A stretch of 64,000 nucleotides of DNA. It comes from Tubulanus polymorphus. Lineage: Eukaryota > Animalia > Nemertea. Below are positions 23,401 to 35,861 of the stretch, piece after piece. A model generated the notes under the pieces. It had not been told where the DNA came from. It saw only the letters and a list, made by a program, of their open reading frames with translations, and ran no database searches. Numbering within the stretch: position 1 is the first letter of the stretch; every line of letters begins with the position of its first letter. The translations under genes were made by a program, and so were the position numbers. The stretch covers positions 18,979,653-19,043,652 of the forward strand of contig NC_134028.1 of NCBI RefSeq assembly GCF_964204645.1. The letters run 5' to 3'.

Positions 23401-26400
23401 TTCTACTTTTTGATTGAACATTTATATCACATATTGGGTCATTTCATTTTTACCAGTATAGGCCAAATTGGAAGAACCTATCCGTATATCATGTTTAATT
23501 TTATATAATCTGACTTTTGAGATGTCATTCAATCAATGCATTCATATGCGGTCGTCGCTTTCAATAGCCACCACGGACTGACTCCTTAGCGATACCTTGG
23601 CGGACGATCCCACACGTTTCTTGCTCCAGCCCTAGAATGCTCAATTATAAGGCGCTTTTACGAAATTGAATCTGATTCGGTTTAGCTAAATCCGATTCGA
23701 TGTTGGAAAACGTAAGGATTAGTAAATCGAATCGTTTTTCGTAAATGAGTCGAATCAATTTATCAATCTAAAGGTTGCGATTCGAAAGAAAATGGGCGTC
23801 AATGGTGACCGAATTATTGATAGATGATGGTCTGCAATAGATGTCTTTAGCCCGCGGTCGAAGAGGACGCCATGTTGGATTTCACTGACTAAATCGCCAC
23901 TAACTTGCTCGCCGAGCAAGTTAGTCGATTTAATAAATCAATTTACTAAACCGCGTCCATAAACGAGTTGATTTACCAAATCGGATTCACTAAACCGCGT
24001 GCCGTAAACGTGAAACTTAAATCGATTTACAAAGATTCAGTTTCGTAAAAGCGCCTATAGTCGTCATGAACACCCGATTTGAATTCAAATTCAAAAAACT
24101 CCTAAAAACGCGCCTGTTTACTCGATTACTGTAAAGCGCCTTTGAGCATTTATATGCAAGAATCAGTGAAATTGGCGCTTTATCAGTTGTATTCATCATT
24201 CAAACCATTATTCTCCTCATCCTATGAATTTGGAGACCCATCCTCGCATGAGAATGAATATAATGTTATTTCAATTAAAGATGACACATGGCCTCATATC
24301 ATTACGTTATGTTTTTTAACGGGTGGGCGAGATTATATTCTTATGTTTTTGTTTCTCTGAATGTCGCTATTTAAGAGTTCAATAATAATTTCAGTCAACC
24401 AAACAAAGGATTTTTCTGTATGTTTCGTGTCCTGTTTTTCCATAACCCTAGGACTGCATTTTAGGTATTTTTCGTGGATGACCGAACGCTGCTGTCCCTT
24501 TCTAGTAATTTGATGATATCTGTCGAAATCTAAATTTTAAAAAGGAATCAGGCATATCTCCTTGTTTGACTACGTAAGAACTCAACTTTAAGGGACACTC
24601 CCTTAAAGGCGCCGAAGTAAAATCATGTGTCGAGTGGAGATGATATTGTGTCAGAATTTCTTCAAAAGCGGAGAAAATTGAATATTTTGAAAATAATGAT
24701 TTCACATGTATGTTTGAATCCGTTATAACTGGAGCAATTTTCATAAAAACATATCTATGGAATCAACGAAATGTAATTAAGAAGAATACTATGTTTAAGA
24801 TGTTATCAAAGGCATTTGAAAAAAGTTTTCTGATTTCGTCAACTGTGAAACTAGTGTCAACCAGATGTGTTCCCATTAAACGAACCGACTGCGAGCCGAG
24901 TCGATGTGAGATGTGACCTACACTGAAAATCTCAAGCGCTACCACTGGTTTTTAGGTGCTTCTGAATGTCGGCCGTTGAAAAATTAAACAATTGCCATTT
25001 GGAAAGGGCCTAGTTAGAGAAAATGCTAGATGTGCATATTGTGTGATATTTCATGTGCGTTTGGAATTTAACCTTGTTTATAACGAAACACACATGTTCT
25101 TTTCTATTTTAGAAGAGCGCGTGATAGTGCAATAAAGAACTGACAATGAAAAAGGGGTAACAGGTGACTGATATCACACCGAATTTCAATTCCTATGAAC
25201 ACTTTTCATATAGTGAATTCTGTACAAGAGTTAAAAAAAACTTGAAATATTAACGAAACAGTTTTTTGACGGACAAATCGTTACCATCGAATTTTCAAAA
25301 CTTTTTTAATGCCTTGGTGACCACGGGTCTAGTACGCGGTTTTCTGAAACAAAAGTGGCCAAGTTTAAAGAACGACAAATGATCACAAATATTAGGAGCC
25401 TAATGCGTTTAATGATTTAATTAATTGGCATCGCGCTGATTGGTTGAAAGACGGTTGTTAGTCATCTTGCCTGTGATTTAATTGTTTTTTTTTAAGCATC
25501 GATTAACCATAGATTTAATCTTATCATAACTTATTTGCAGGTGCTTCTCGCAAACATTTTCTATTCGTTTTCAAACGCAGTACTGTTCAGATGATTCGCG
25601 TCAAGCTTTGAGTCACGTAGTAAAAAAGTTTATGTATTAGCATTACTATGCAGTCAAAATTACGCACTGCGGCAAGTGAGGTGCTGTGATCCAGATGTGT
25701 AACCTATTTAGGAGTAATATATTTCCATAATGTCAACGCCATTCAGAAACAGTAGCAAAACATGCTGCTGGTCTCTAGAAATAACAATACGACGACAACC
25801 ACTTTCGAATTCGACGATATTCGAGAAGTTTCACTTGGGCAGTGGTGGTCAGTGATGGTCAATTTATGAATTCTAATGGGGAATGCTTTCTAGTTTCACA
25901 CCAAATGCGGTACCGGTATATCTTTCTTACATTCGAGAAGTTTCAATTGGTCAGTGGTGGTCGGTGATGGTCAATTCATGAATTTTCAATGGCGAATCCT
26001 TTCTAGTTTGACACCATAACGCGGTATATCGTTCTCATATTCGAGAAGTTTGAATTGGTCAGTGGTGGTCAGTGATGGTCAATTTATGAATTCTCAATAT
26101 TTATGGCGAATCCTTTCTAGTTTGACACCATAACGCGGTATATCGTTCTCATATTCGAGAAGTTTTAATTGGTCAGTGGTGGTCAGTGATGGTCAATTTA
26201 TGAATTCTCAATATCTATGGCGAATCCTTTCTAGTTTGACACCATAACGCGGTATATCGAACTCATATTCGAGAAGTTTGAATTGGTCAGTGGTGGTCAG
26301 TGATGGTCAATTTATGAATTTGCAATGATGATACCTGGGTAGTTTGAAAACAAACATGACTTGATAAATTTCCGAAATTCGCAGTCAGGTGTTCAGACTC

Positions 26401-27192
26401 GGAAATATCTCAATTGGTCAGTTTCTGACCATCATGGTGTCACCATGTGGTCTATAGCTCAAATGAAACACGTGGGACCGACGAAAGGGCCCAAAAGCGT
26501 AAGTCATTTCCTGAGTGATGTGATCCAAAAATGCCCTAACTGGAAAAGGCAGTCTTTCAATTGGACGAAACCAAATCGGACAGAACAATTAAAATTTGGG
26601 AAGGCCACAGGCAGTGGTCTTTCTACGAAGCCCACGCGGTAGGCCTATACTTTGAGCGTATCATTATGAAATCTTTTTTTAAACCACCATGTAGGCCTAC
26701 CACATTAAGTAATAAGCATCGTTGTAAGCACTTGAAACACCCATTAACCACTTGAAACTGTCAGATCAAACATCATACCGCATCCCCGCAAAGAGGGGTA
26801 GTTCAGCAAACCGGAGCTTTCATTTGCCTATCTAGACTACCCCGCCAGTACGGGTAGCCGAGCAAACCGGAAAACTCATAATGGTCTCTCAATTGGATGA
26901 AACCAAATCGGACAGGACAATTAAAATTTGGGAAGGTCACAGGTAGTGGTCTTTCTACGAAGCCCACGCGGTGAGCGTATCATTATGAAATCTTTTTCTA
27001 AACCACCATGTACCACGAAGAAATAAGCATCGTTGTAAGCACTTGAAACAGCCATTAACCACTTGAAACTGCCAGATCAAACATCATACCGCATCCCCGC
27101 AAAGAGGGGTGGTTCAGCAAACCGGAGTTTTCATTGGCCTCTCTAGACTACCCCGCCAGTACGGGTAGCCGAGCAAACCGGAAAACTCATAA
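20418..27192. mobile_element. Copy B of the non-coding TIR element, with both termini; right terminal ~310 bp tandemly duplicated
   Basis: Left end TTATGAGAATGCCGGTTTGCT. Right ends AGCAAACCGGAAAACTCATAA at 26881 and 27192. ACTGACC arrays at 20870-21400 are inverted relative to GGTCAGT arrays at 25820-26430. Confidence 0.7.
23650..24056. mobile_element. PIF/Harbinger-like MITE
   Basis: TIR AGGCGCTTTTACGAAA(T/C)TGAATCT with ATA on both flanks (3-bp TSD). Internal AATCGA repeats. Confidence 0.75.
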
Positions 27193-28223
27193 CAGGAATT
27201 CTCTATGATCAATCTGTCAACTGATTTCAACCGAAATTCGTCACTTCCCATTTGCAGAATATGGCATCCTTTGGGGATCTCTTTTTCACTCTAAGTAGGC
27301 CTACTAGCCAACTCTGGTTATTGTCGGATGCCACATTGCATCGAAATGTAAAATGGTGGAGTGTAGAACCGCTCTTTAACTACTTAGTAGGTAAGTAAAG
27401 AGGCCGGCAACTAGTCTATTTGCTGTGAGACGACATGTATATTCTCGGAGCTACCCACTTTTCAACCCAGAAGTGAATATAACAAATTCAATACAATATA
27501 ATTTAGTTCCATTCGAATGTCGTTTTTTGGCGTAGCCAAGGTAAATAGCGAAACAGAATCTATAAGCTCGTAGGTAAGGTTTGCATTTACCAATTCCACG
27601 CTAAGGCTTATAAAAAAGGAAGTGATTATTTAGCCGGATCCGGTCACCGACTTCTGAACGCTAATTTGCCAGATCCATTAGTAACAATAAAATCATATTC
27701 ATGCCTAATCATTTTATTGGTGTAACTCTGTCGAACAAACAATGATCAACTAACGACGGAAAAGTTAAACGTCGCAAATGCGTCTTCCAATTCTTAACAA
27801 ACGTAACTAAGCTAAGCTAAGCGAGACTCGACGATTAAATGACAACGACGTACAGAATCAATCACAATGACGATTAATTACAAGAAAAAACACGTCACGA
27901 CACCTAAGTAACATAATAACACAATAAGTAATACAGAAAGCAACAAACCGGTTAAGCATACCGAAACATTTGGAACTTTTATACCATAGAGCTACAAAGC
28001 TTCTATCAGCATTGAAATCGAATGGCGCATTAAAACTGTGTTTCAAATTTCCGGTACAAAAATCTAGCTAATAACTCACAGAAACCAACATATCCAATTT
28101 GGGAGGGCTCCAAATGGAGTAAAACAGATATTTGAGCTTAACATACCGGCCCCATAATTGGGTCACCAATTATTCCCTTCAAAGGTCAAAATATCCTAAC
28201 TCATATCATTAATAAAATCTTAG

Positions 28224-30202
28224 TGTCGTAGCTCGTTCCCGTATGCACCGGAGTTAACCTCTGATCGAATGCAGGGAGAACCGACCTACGAGTTCCTCTC
28301 AGCTCTTCACCTCACCCACGTTCCTATTCAGCAGGATGCAGCTGTGCCGTTCCTCCTTGTTCCGTACTGTAGAAGCCGGTGGGAAGAATCCTCGAACGAC
28401 CCCGAACCTGCAAGACACTGTAAACATAAGACTTATATTCATGCAGTATTACCAAAAGAAAAATATAAACAAAACTCAAATAATTGAAGCGTCCTTCGCT
28501 AATGAATTAATAACGAATATCGGCAACACAGTTTAGTTCCACACAATCAACTAATAACGTGACCGCCACAAAAACCGAACTAAACTACACCACCCCACGC
28601 CGGACATTCCCGATCCGCCACAAAAACGAATTCTCCACGAAACGAAATCTATGAACGAAAACTTTCTGCGAACGCACGCAGAATCATATACGCCACAATC
28701 ACCAATACGAGCACGAATACCACGCACCCGAATTTAGTATAAAACCATATTATTTGATTAACGCTGCTGGGAATCTGCAGTGTCGTCTTGTGTTGCATGA
28801 TTTTATACTAAATTCGGGTGCGTGGTATTCGTGCTCGTATTGGTGATTGTGGCGTATATGATTCTGCGTGCGTTCGCAGAAAGTTTTCGTTCATAGATTT
28901 CGTTTCGTGGAGGAGAATTCGTTTTTGTGGCGGATCGGGAATGTCCGGCGTGGGGTGGTGTAGTTTAGTTCGGTTTTTGTGGCGGTCACGTTATTAGTTG
29001 ATTGTGTGGAACTAAACTGTGTTGCCGATATTCGTTATTAATTCATTAGCGAAGGACGCTTCAATTATTTGAGTTTTGTTTATATTTTTCTTTTGGTAAT
29101 ACTGCATGAATATAAGTCTTATGTTTACAGTGTCTTGTAGGTAATTGTGTTTAATTATTTACTTTTCTTGTCATTTTTGTTTGTTTTTGTTTTTGTTTTT
29201 TTTGTTTTTTTGTGTTTTTTTTTTTGCTTTATTTGATTGTTTTTTTTTTGCTTGCTTTTGATTAATTGTAATTCGATTTGCTAGGATTGTGGTACACTTA
29301 ACACGCTTGTTTGTTACAATAATATTGTGGTTGGTGGAGCTAGGGGTAGAGAGTTTTTTTTTTTTTAGCTTATCGCATAAGAGTAAGTAGTTACGGTACA
29401 AACAATCAACACTGTTCTTGTCGATAACTGTATCAACGTGGTTTTTTTCAAATCATAGTGTTCACAGGTTACGGGTGTGAGTATATTAACGGGAAATTTA
29501 GACGTCCATATTAGGTTATTTCGTACGGTATATACTGGGTAAGAAATTGACTTGAAACATGTCGACGCTTGAGCGTGTACTTTTTGTAGAAATAGATCCT
29601 GTATCGGTGACTGAGCGTGAGTTGTCGACTGCTTTAATGGCTTATGGAGTGGTGGAATTAGTTGTCGAGGATCCTCGCGGCAAAGGTTGGTTTGTGATGT
29701 TCACCAGAGTGTCTACTGTAATGTCTTTGTTGTCGGTGGGTGAGTTGCCAGTAGGTAAGGCTATCGCTACACTCACCTGTATTGATGCCGCGGAGGCTGA
29801 GCAAGTGGGGGATATTCTATCCGAGGGGAGGGAGAGGAAGGCGCTAGAAGAGGCTCAACGCCTTCTTAGCTCCGTTAGGAGGAATTCTGCTCAGCGTAGC
29901 TTCCTACAGTCGAAATTAGACTCGGTCACCCCGGTTAAAGTGGTCCCAGAGCGGGCTGTTGGGGTTCAGCCGATATCTTTTTCCTCACCACGGTTGGACA
30001 ATTTCTCTGGAAGTGAGCGGAAAGGCGAAACCACGTATAAACTCTGGAGGTCGCAGGTGGAAGGTTTATTAACTGATCCCGCGATTTCGGATCACGCCCT
30101 TTTGGCTCTAATAAGACGATCGGTCCGGGAATTGCCGGCCGAGATTGTATTGAGCATGGGCAGTAGCGTTACTCCGGAGGATGTGTTGCGGAAATTCGAT
30201 TC
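28224..30202 (+). mobile_element. Duplicated left end of the inverted-terminus Gypsy (inverted U5-like segment, hairpin 28406-29142, truncated gag)
   Basis: Near-identical to 33156-35134. Confidence 0.9.
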
Positions 30203-30221
30203 GGCCTACCACATTAAGTAA
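29559..30221 (+). pseudogene. Truncated PNMA-like gag (220 aa) ending in junction-derived AYHIK
   Basis: Matches the first 215 aa of ORF 34491-35861 (one L/P difference), then reads into flank. Confidence 0.85.
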
Positions 30222-32660
30222 TAAGCATCGTTGTAAGCACTTGAAACACCCATTAACCACTTGAAACTGTCAGATCAAACATCATACCGCATCCCCGCAA
30301 AGAGGGGTAGTTCAGCAAACCGGAGCTTTCATTTGCCTATCTAGACTACCCCGCCAGTACGGGTAGCCGAGCAAACCGGAAAACTCATAATGGTCTCTCA
30401 ATTGGATGAAACCAAATCGGACAGGACAATTAAAATTTGGGAAGGTCACAGGTAGTGGTCTTTCTACGAAGCCCACGCGGTGAGCGTATCATTATGAAAT
30501 CTTTTTCTAAACCACCATGTACCACGAAGAAATAAGCATCGTTGTAAGCACTTGAAACAGCCATTAACCACTTGAAACTGCCAGATCAAACATCATACCG
30601 CATCCCCGCAAAGAGGGGTGGTTCAGCAAACCGGAGTTTTCATTGGCCTCTCTAGACTACCCCGCCAGTACGGGTAGCCGAGCAAACCGGAAAACTCATA
30701 ACAGGAATTCTCTATGATCAATCTGTCAACTGATTTCAACCGAAATTCGTCACTTCCCATTTGCAGAATATGGCATCCTTTGGGGATCTCTTTTTCACTC
30801 TAAGTAGGCCTACTAGCCAACTCTGGTTATTGTCGGATGCCACATTGCATCGAAATGTAAAATGGTGGAGTGTAGAACCGCTCTTTAACTACTTAGTAGG
30901 TAAGTAAAGAGGCCGGCAACTAGTCTATTTGCTGTGAGACGACATGTATATTCTCGGAGCTACCCACTTTTCAACCCAGAAGTGAATATAACAAATTCAA
31001 TACAATATAATTTAGTTCCATTCGAATGTCGTTTTTTGGCGTAGCCAAGGTAAATAGCGAAACAGAATCTATAAGCTCGTAGGTAAGGTTTGCATTTACC
31101 AATTCCACGCTAAGGCTTATAAAAAAGGAAGTGATTATTTAGCCGGATCCGGTCACCGACTTCTGAACGCTAATTTGCCAGATCCATTAGTAACAATAAA
31201 ATCATATTCATGCCTAATCATTTTATTGGTGTAACTCTGTCGAACAAACAATGATCAACTAAGGCGCTAGAAGAGGCTCAACGCCTTCTTAGCTCCGTTA
31301 GGAGGAATTCTGCTCAGCGTAGCTTCCTACAGTCGAAATTAGACTCGGTCACCCCGGTTAAAGTGGTCCCAGAGCGGGCTGTTGGGGTTCAGCCGATATC
31401 TTTTTCCTCACCACGGTTGGACAATTTCTCTGGAAGTGAGCGGAAAGGCGAAACCACGTATAAACTCTGGAGGTCGCAGGTGGAAGGTTTATTAACTGAT
31501 CCCGCGATTTCGGATCACGCCCTTTTGGCTCTAATAAGACGATCGGTCCGGGAATTGCCGGCCGAGATTGTATTGAGCATGGGCAGTAGCGTTACTCCGG
31601 AGGATGTGTTGCGGAAATTCGATTCGGCCTACCACATTAAGTAATAAGCATCGTTGTAAGCACTTGAAACACCCATTAACCACTTGAAACTGTCAGATCA
31701 AACATCATACCGCATCCCCGCAAAGAGGGGTAGTTCAGCAAACCGGAGCTTTCATTTGCCTATCTAGACTACCCCGCCAGTACGGGTAGCCGAGCAAACC
31801 GGAAAACTCATAATGGTCTCTCAATTGGATGAAACCAAATCGGACAGGACAATTAAAATTTGGGAAGGTCACAGGTAGTGGTCTTTCTACGAAGCCCACG
31901 CGGTGAGCGTATCATTATGAAATCTTTTTCTAAACCACCATGTACCACGAAGAAATAAGCATCGTTGTAAGCACTTGAAACAGCCATTAACCACTTGAAA
32001 CTGCCAGATCAAACATCATACCGCATCCCCGCAAAGAGGGGTGGTTCAGCAAACCGGAGTTTTCATTGGCCTCTCTAGACTACCCCGCCAGTACGGGTAG
32101 CCGAGCAAACCGGAAAACTCATAACAGGAATTCTCTATGATCAATCTGTCAACTGATTTCAACCGAAATTCGTCACTTCCCATTTGCAGAATATGGCATC
32201 CTTTGGGGATCTCTTTTTCACTCTAAGTAGGCCTACTAGCCAACTCTGGTTATTGTCGGATGCCACATTGCATCGAAATGTAAAATGGTGGAGTGTAGAA
32301 CCGCTCTTTAACTACTTAGTAGGTAAGTAAAGAGGCCGGCAACTAGTCTATTTGCTGTGAGACGACATGTATATTCTCGGAGCTACCCACTTTTCAACCC
32401 AGAAGTGAATATAACAAATTCAATACAATATAATTTAGTTCCATTCGAATGTCGTTTTTTGGCGTAGCCAAGGTAAATAGCGAAACAGAATCTATAAGCT
32501 CGTAGGTAAGGTTTGCATTTACCAATTCCACGCTAAGGCTTATAAAAAAGGAAGTGATTATTTAGCCGGATCCGGTCACCGACTTCTGAACGCTAATTTG
32601 CCAGATCCATTAGTAACAATAAAATCATATTCATGCCTAATCATTTTATTGGTGTAACTC

Positions 32661-33075
32661 TGTCGAACAAACAATGATCAACTAACGACGGAAAAGTTAA
32701 ACGTCGCAAATGCGTCTTCCAATTCTTAACAAACGTAACTAAGCTAAGCTAAGCGAGACTCGACGATTAAATGACAACGACGTACAGAATCAATCACAAT
32801 GACGATTAATTACAAGAAAAAACACGTCACGACACCTAAGTAACATAATAACACAATAAGTAATACAGAAAGCAACAAACCGGTTAAGCATACCGAAACA
32901 TTTGGAACTTTTATACCATAGAGCTACAAAGCTTCTATCAGCATTGAAATCGAATGGCGCATTAAAACTGTGTTTCAAATTTCCGGTACAAAAATCTAGC
33001 TAATAACTCACAGAAACCAACATATCCAATTTGGGAGGGCTCCAAATGGAGTAAAACAGATATTTGAGCTTAACA
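32661..33075 (-). repeat. Probable 3' LTR of the minus-strand BEL element (duplicate at 27729-28143)
   Basis: On the minus strand, PPT-like GGGGCCGGTA (33085-33076) is followed by TGTTAAG. Distal CA boundary uncertain (32653 or 32661). Confidence 0.6.
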
Positions 33076-33337
33076 TACCGGCCCCATAATTGGGTCACCA
33101 ATTATTCCCTTCAAAGGTCAAAATATCCTAACTCATATCATTAATAAAATCTTAGTGTCGTAGCTCGTTCCCGTATGCACCGGAGTTAACCTCTGATCGA
33201 ATGCAGGGAGAACCGACCTACGAGTTCCTCTCAGCTCTTCACCTCACCCACGTTCCTATTCAGCAGGATGCAGCTGTGCCGTTCCTCCTTGTCCCGTACT
33301 GTAGAAGCCGGTGGGAAGAATCCTCGAACGACCCCGA

Positions 33338-34074
33338 ACCTGCAAGACACTGTAAACATAAGACTTATGTTCATGCAGTATTACCAAAAGAAAAATATAA
33401 ACAAAACTCAAATAATTGAAGCGTCCTTCGCTAATGAATTAATAACGAATATCGGCAACACAGTTTAGTTCCACACAATCAACTAATAACGTGACCGCCA
33501 CAAAAACCGAACTAAACTACACCACCCCACGCCGGACATTCCCGATCCGCCACAAAAACGAATTCTCCACGAAACGAAATCTATGAACGAAAACTTTCTG
33601 CGAACGCACGCAGAATCATATACGCCACAATCACCAATACGAGCACGAATACCACGCACCCGAATTTAGTATAAAACCATATTATTTGATTAACGCTGCT
33701 GGGAATCTGCAGTGTCGTCTTGTGTTGCATGATTTTATACTAAATTCGGGTGTGTGGTATTCGTGCTCGTATTGGTGATTGTGGCGTATATGATTCTGCG
33801 TGCGTTCGCAGAAAGTTTTCGTTCATAGATTTCGTTTCGTGGAGGAGAATTCGTTTTTGTGGCGGATCGGGAATGTCCGGCGTGGGGTGGTGTAGTTTAG
33901 TTCGGTTTTTGTGGCGGTCACGTTATTAGTTGATTGTGTGGAACTAAACTGTGTTGCCGATATTCGTTATTAATTCATTAGCGAAGGACGCTTCAATTAT
34001 TTGAGTTTTGTTTATATTTTTCTTTTGGTAATACTGCATGAATATAAGTCTTATGTTTACAGTGTCTTGTAGGT
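33338..34074. repeat. Long inverted repeat (hairpin), ~340-bp arms, ~48-nt loop
   Basis: 33338-33680 is the reverse complement of 33729-34074 apart from a few substitutions and one 3-bp indel. Confidence 0.95.
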
Positions 34075-34490
34075 AATTGTGTTTAATTATTTACTTTTCT
34101 TGTCATTTTTGTTTGTTTTTGTTTTTGTTTTTTTTGTTTTTTTGTGTTTTTTTTTTTGCTTTATTTGATTGTTTTTTTTTTGCTTGCTTTTGATTAATTG
34201 TAATTCGATTTGCTAGGATTGTGGTACACTTAACACGCTTGTTTGTTACAATAATATTGTGGTTGGTGGAGCTAGGGGTAGAGTGTTTTTTTTTTTTTAG
34301 CTTATCGCATAAGAGTAAGTAGTTACGGTACAAACAATCAACACTGTTCTTGTCGATAACTGTATCAACGTGGTTTTTTTCAAATCATAGTGTTCACAGG
34401 TTACGGGTGTGAGTATATTAACGGGAAATTTAGACGTCCATATTAGGTTATTTCGTACGGTATATACTGGGTAAGAAATTGACTTGAAAC

Positions 34491-35861
34491 ATGTCGACGC
34501 TTGAGCGTGTACTTTTTGTAGAAATAGATCCTGTATCGGTGACTGAGCGTGAGTTGTCGACTGCTTTAATGGCTTATGGAGTGGTGGAATTAGTTGTCGA
34601 GGATCCTCGCGGCAAAGGTTGGTTTGTGATGTTCACCAGAGTGTCTACTGTAATGTCTTTGTTGTCGGTGGGTGAGTTGCCAGTAGGTAAGGCTATCGCT
34701 ACACTCACCTGTATTGATGCCGCGGAGGCTGAGCAAGTGGGGGATATTCTATCCGAGGGGAGGGAGAGGAAGGCGCTAGAAGAGGCTCAACGCCTTCTTA
34801 GCTCCGTTAGGAGGAATTCTGCTCAGCGTAGCTTCCTACAGTCGAAATTAGACTCGGTCACCCCGGTTAAAGTGGTCCCAGAGCGGGCTGTTGGGGTTCA
34901 GCCGATATCTTTTTCCTCACCACGGTTGGACAATTTCTCTGGAAGTGAGCGGAAAGGCGAAACCACGTATAAACTCTGGAGGTCGCAGGTGGAAGGTTTA
35001 TTAACTGATCCCGCGATTTCGGATCACGCCCTTTTGGCTCCAATAAGACGATCGGTCCGGGAATTGCCGGCCGAGATTGTATTGAGCATGGGCAGTAGCG
35101 TTACTCCGGAGGATGTGTTGCGGAAATTCGATTCCGTGTTTGGGTCAGTAACGACTCCGACTCAGGCATTGTCAGCATTTTTTACTGCGGAACAAAGACC
35201 CGAGGAATCCGTTGCCCTTTGGGCCTGTCGTCTCGAGACCCTGAAGAGTCGTGTTCTGGGAGTAAGTGAGGAGATGTTAAGATCGCAATTCTGTAACGGT
35301 CTGAAGGACTCTCAGATTAAGCTGGCATTGCGACCGACTCTTTCCACGGCTGCTAGTTTCCCTGACATGGTCCTGGAAGCTAGAGGTGTGGAGGACATGA
35401 TAGGAAAGACTTCGACAACACCGGTACACAGAAGGTCGGGAGTTGTGCAGCAGCACGCAGTTCAACCTCAAAAGATAAAACTTAAGAGTTCAGTCTCGTT
35501 AGAGGATGTTGCTGCTAAATTAGATGATGTAGTTAGAAAATTGAATGGGTTCGAACTGGAAATTCATCGCTTAAGTAAACGAGTTGACCATATAGATCGA
35601 GTGGTGGAACAGTTCGGGTTGGGGGTAGAAGGAAGGAGTCAGACCGATACGAAGGTTTCGGTTGACCCTGATCCACCGATCTCGACAAAGCGCTGTTTCA
35701 AGTGTGATTTGCCTGGTCATTTTGTCAGGGAGTGTCCTCAGTGGAGGAACGACATGGGTTTGCGTCGACCTCCGCCCACTTACACCTGTTATAAATGTAA
35801 TGTCGTTGGTGATCACTACTTTCAGGATTGTGGGAAAGGACAGCCACCGTTAAACTCCTAA
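34491..35861 (+). CDS. Gypsy Gag, PNMA-like (RRM-like N-terminus, capsid, two CCHC zinc knuckles), 456 aa
   Basis: Motifs PRLDNFSG...YKLWRSQV, IRRSV, KFDSVFG, QRPEESV, CFKCDLPGHFVREC and CYKCNVVGDHYFQDC. Ends GTTAAACTCCTAA with pol starting in the -1 frame. Confidence 0.9.
   Translation: MSTLERVLFVEIDPVSVTERELSTALMAYGVVELVVEDPRGKGWFVMFTRVSTVMSLLSVGELPVGKAIATLTCIDAAEAEQVGDILSEGRERKALEEAQRLLSSVRRNSAQRSFLQSKLDSVTPVKVVPERAVGVQPISFSSPRLDNFSGSERKGETTYKLWRSQVEGLLTDPAISDHALLAPIRRSVRELPAEIVLSMGSSVTPEDVLRKFDSVFGSVTTPTQALSAFFTAEQRPEESVALWACRLETLKSRVLGVSEEMLRSQFCNGLKDSQIKLALRPTLSTAASFPDMVLEARGVEDMIGKTSTTPVHRRSGVVQQHAVQPQKIKLKSSVSLEDVAAKLDDVVRKLNGFELEIHRLSKRVDHIDRVVEQFGLGVEGRSQTDTKVSVDPDPPISTKRCFKCDLPGHFVRECPQWRNDMGLRRPPPTYTCYKCNVVGDHYFQDCGKGQPPLNS

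Larger units (their letters stand above)
26694..35134 (+). repeat. Tandem triplication: 3509-bp units at 26694-30202 and 31626-35134, internally deleted 1423-bp unit at 30203-31625
   Basis: The same junction GAAATTCGATTC|GGCCTACCAC occurs at 30202/30203 and 31625/31626. The deletion junction at 31261-31262 has AA microhomology. Confidence 0.93.

Noticed and set aside
29171-29401. Lys-rich ORF (also 34103-34333)
   Set aside because: Antisense translation of a poly-T tract in the Gypsy leader.
33156-33975. Simple in-place inversion of a complete 5' LTR
   Set aside because: Only ~190 of 819 LTR bases are present. The rest is an inverted copy of leader sequence absent from the 3' LTR.
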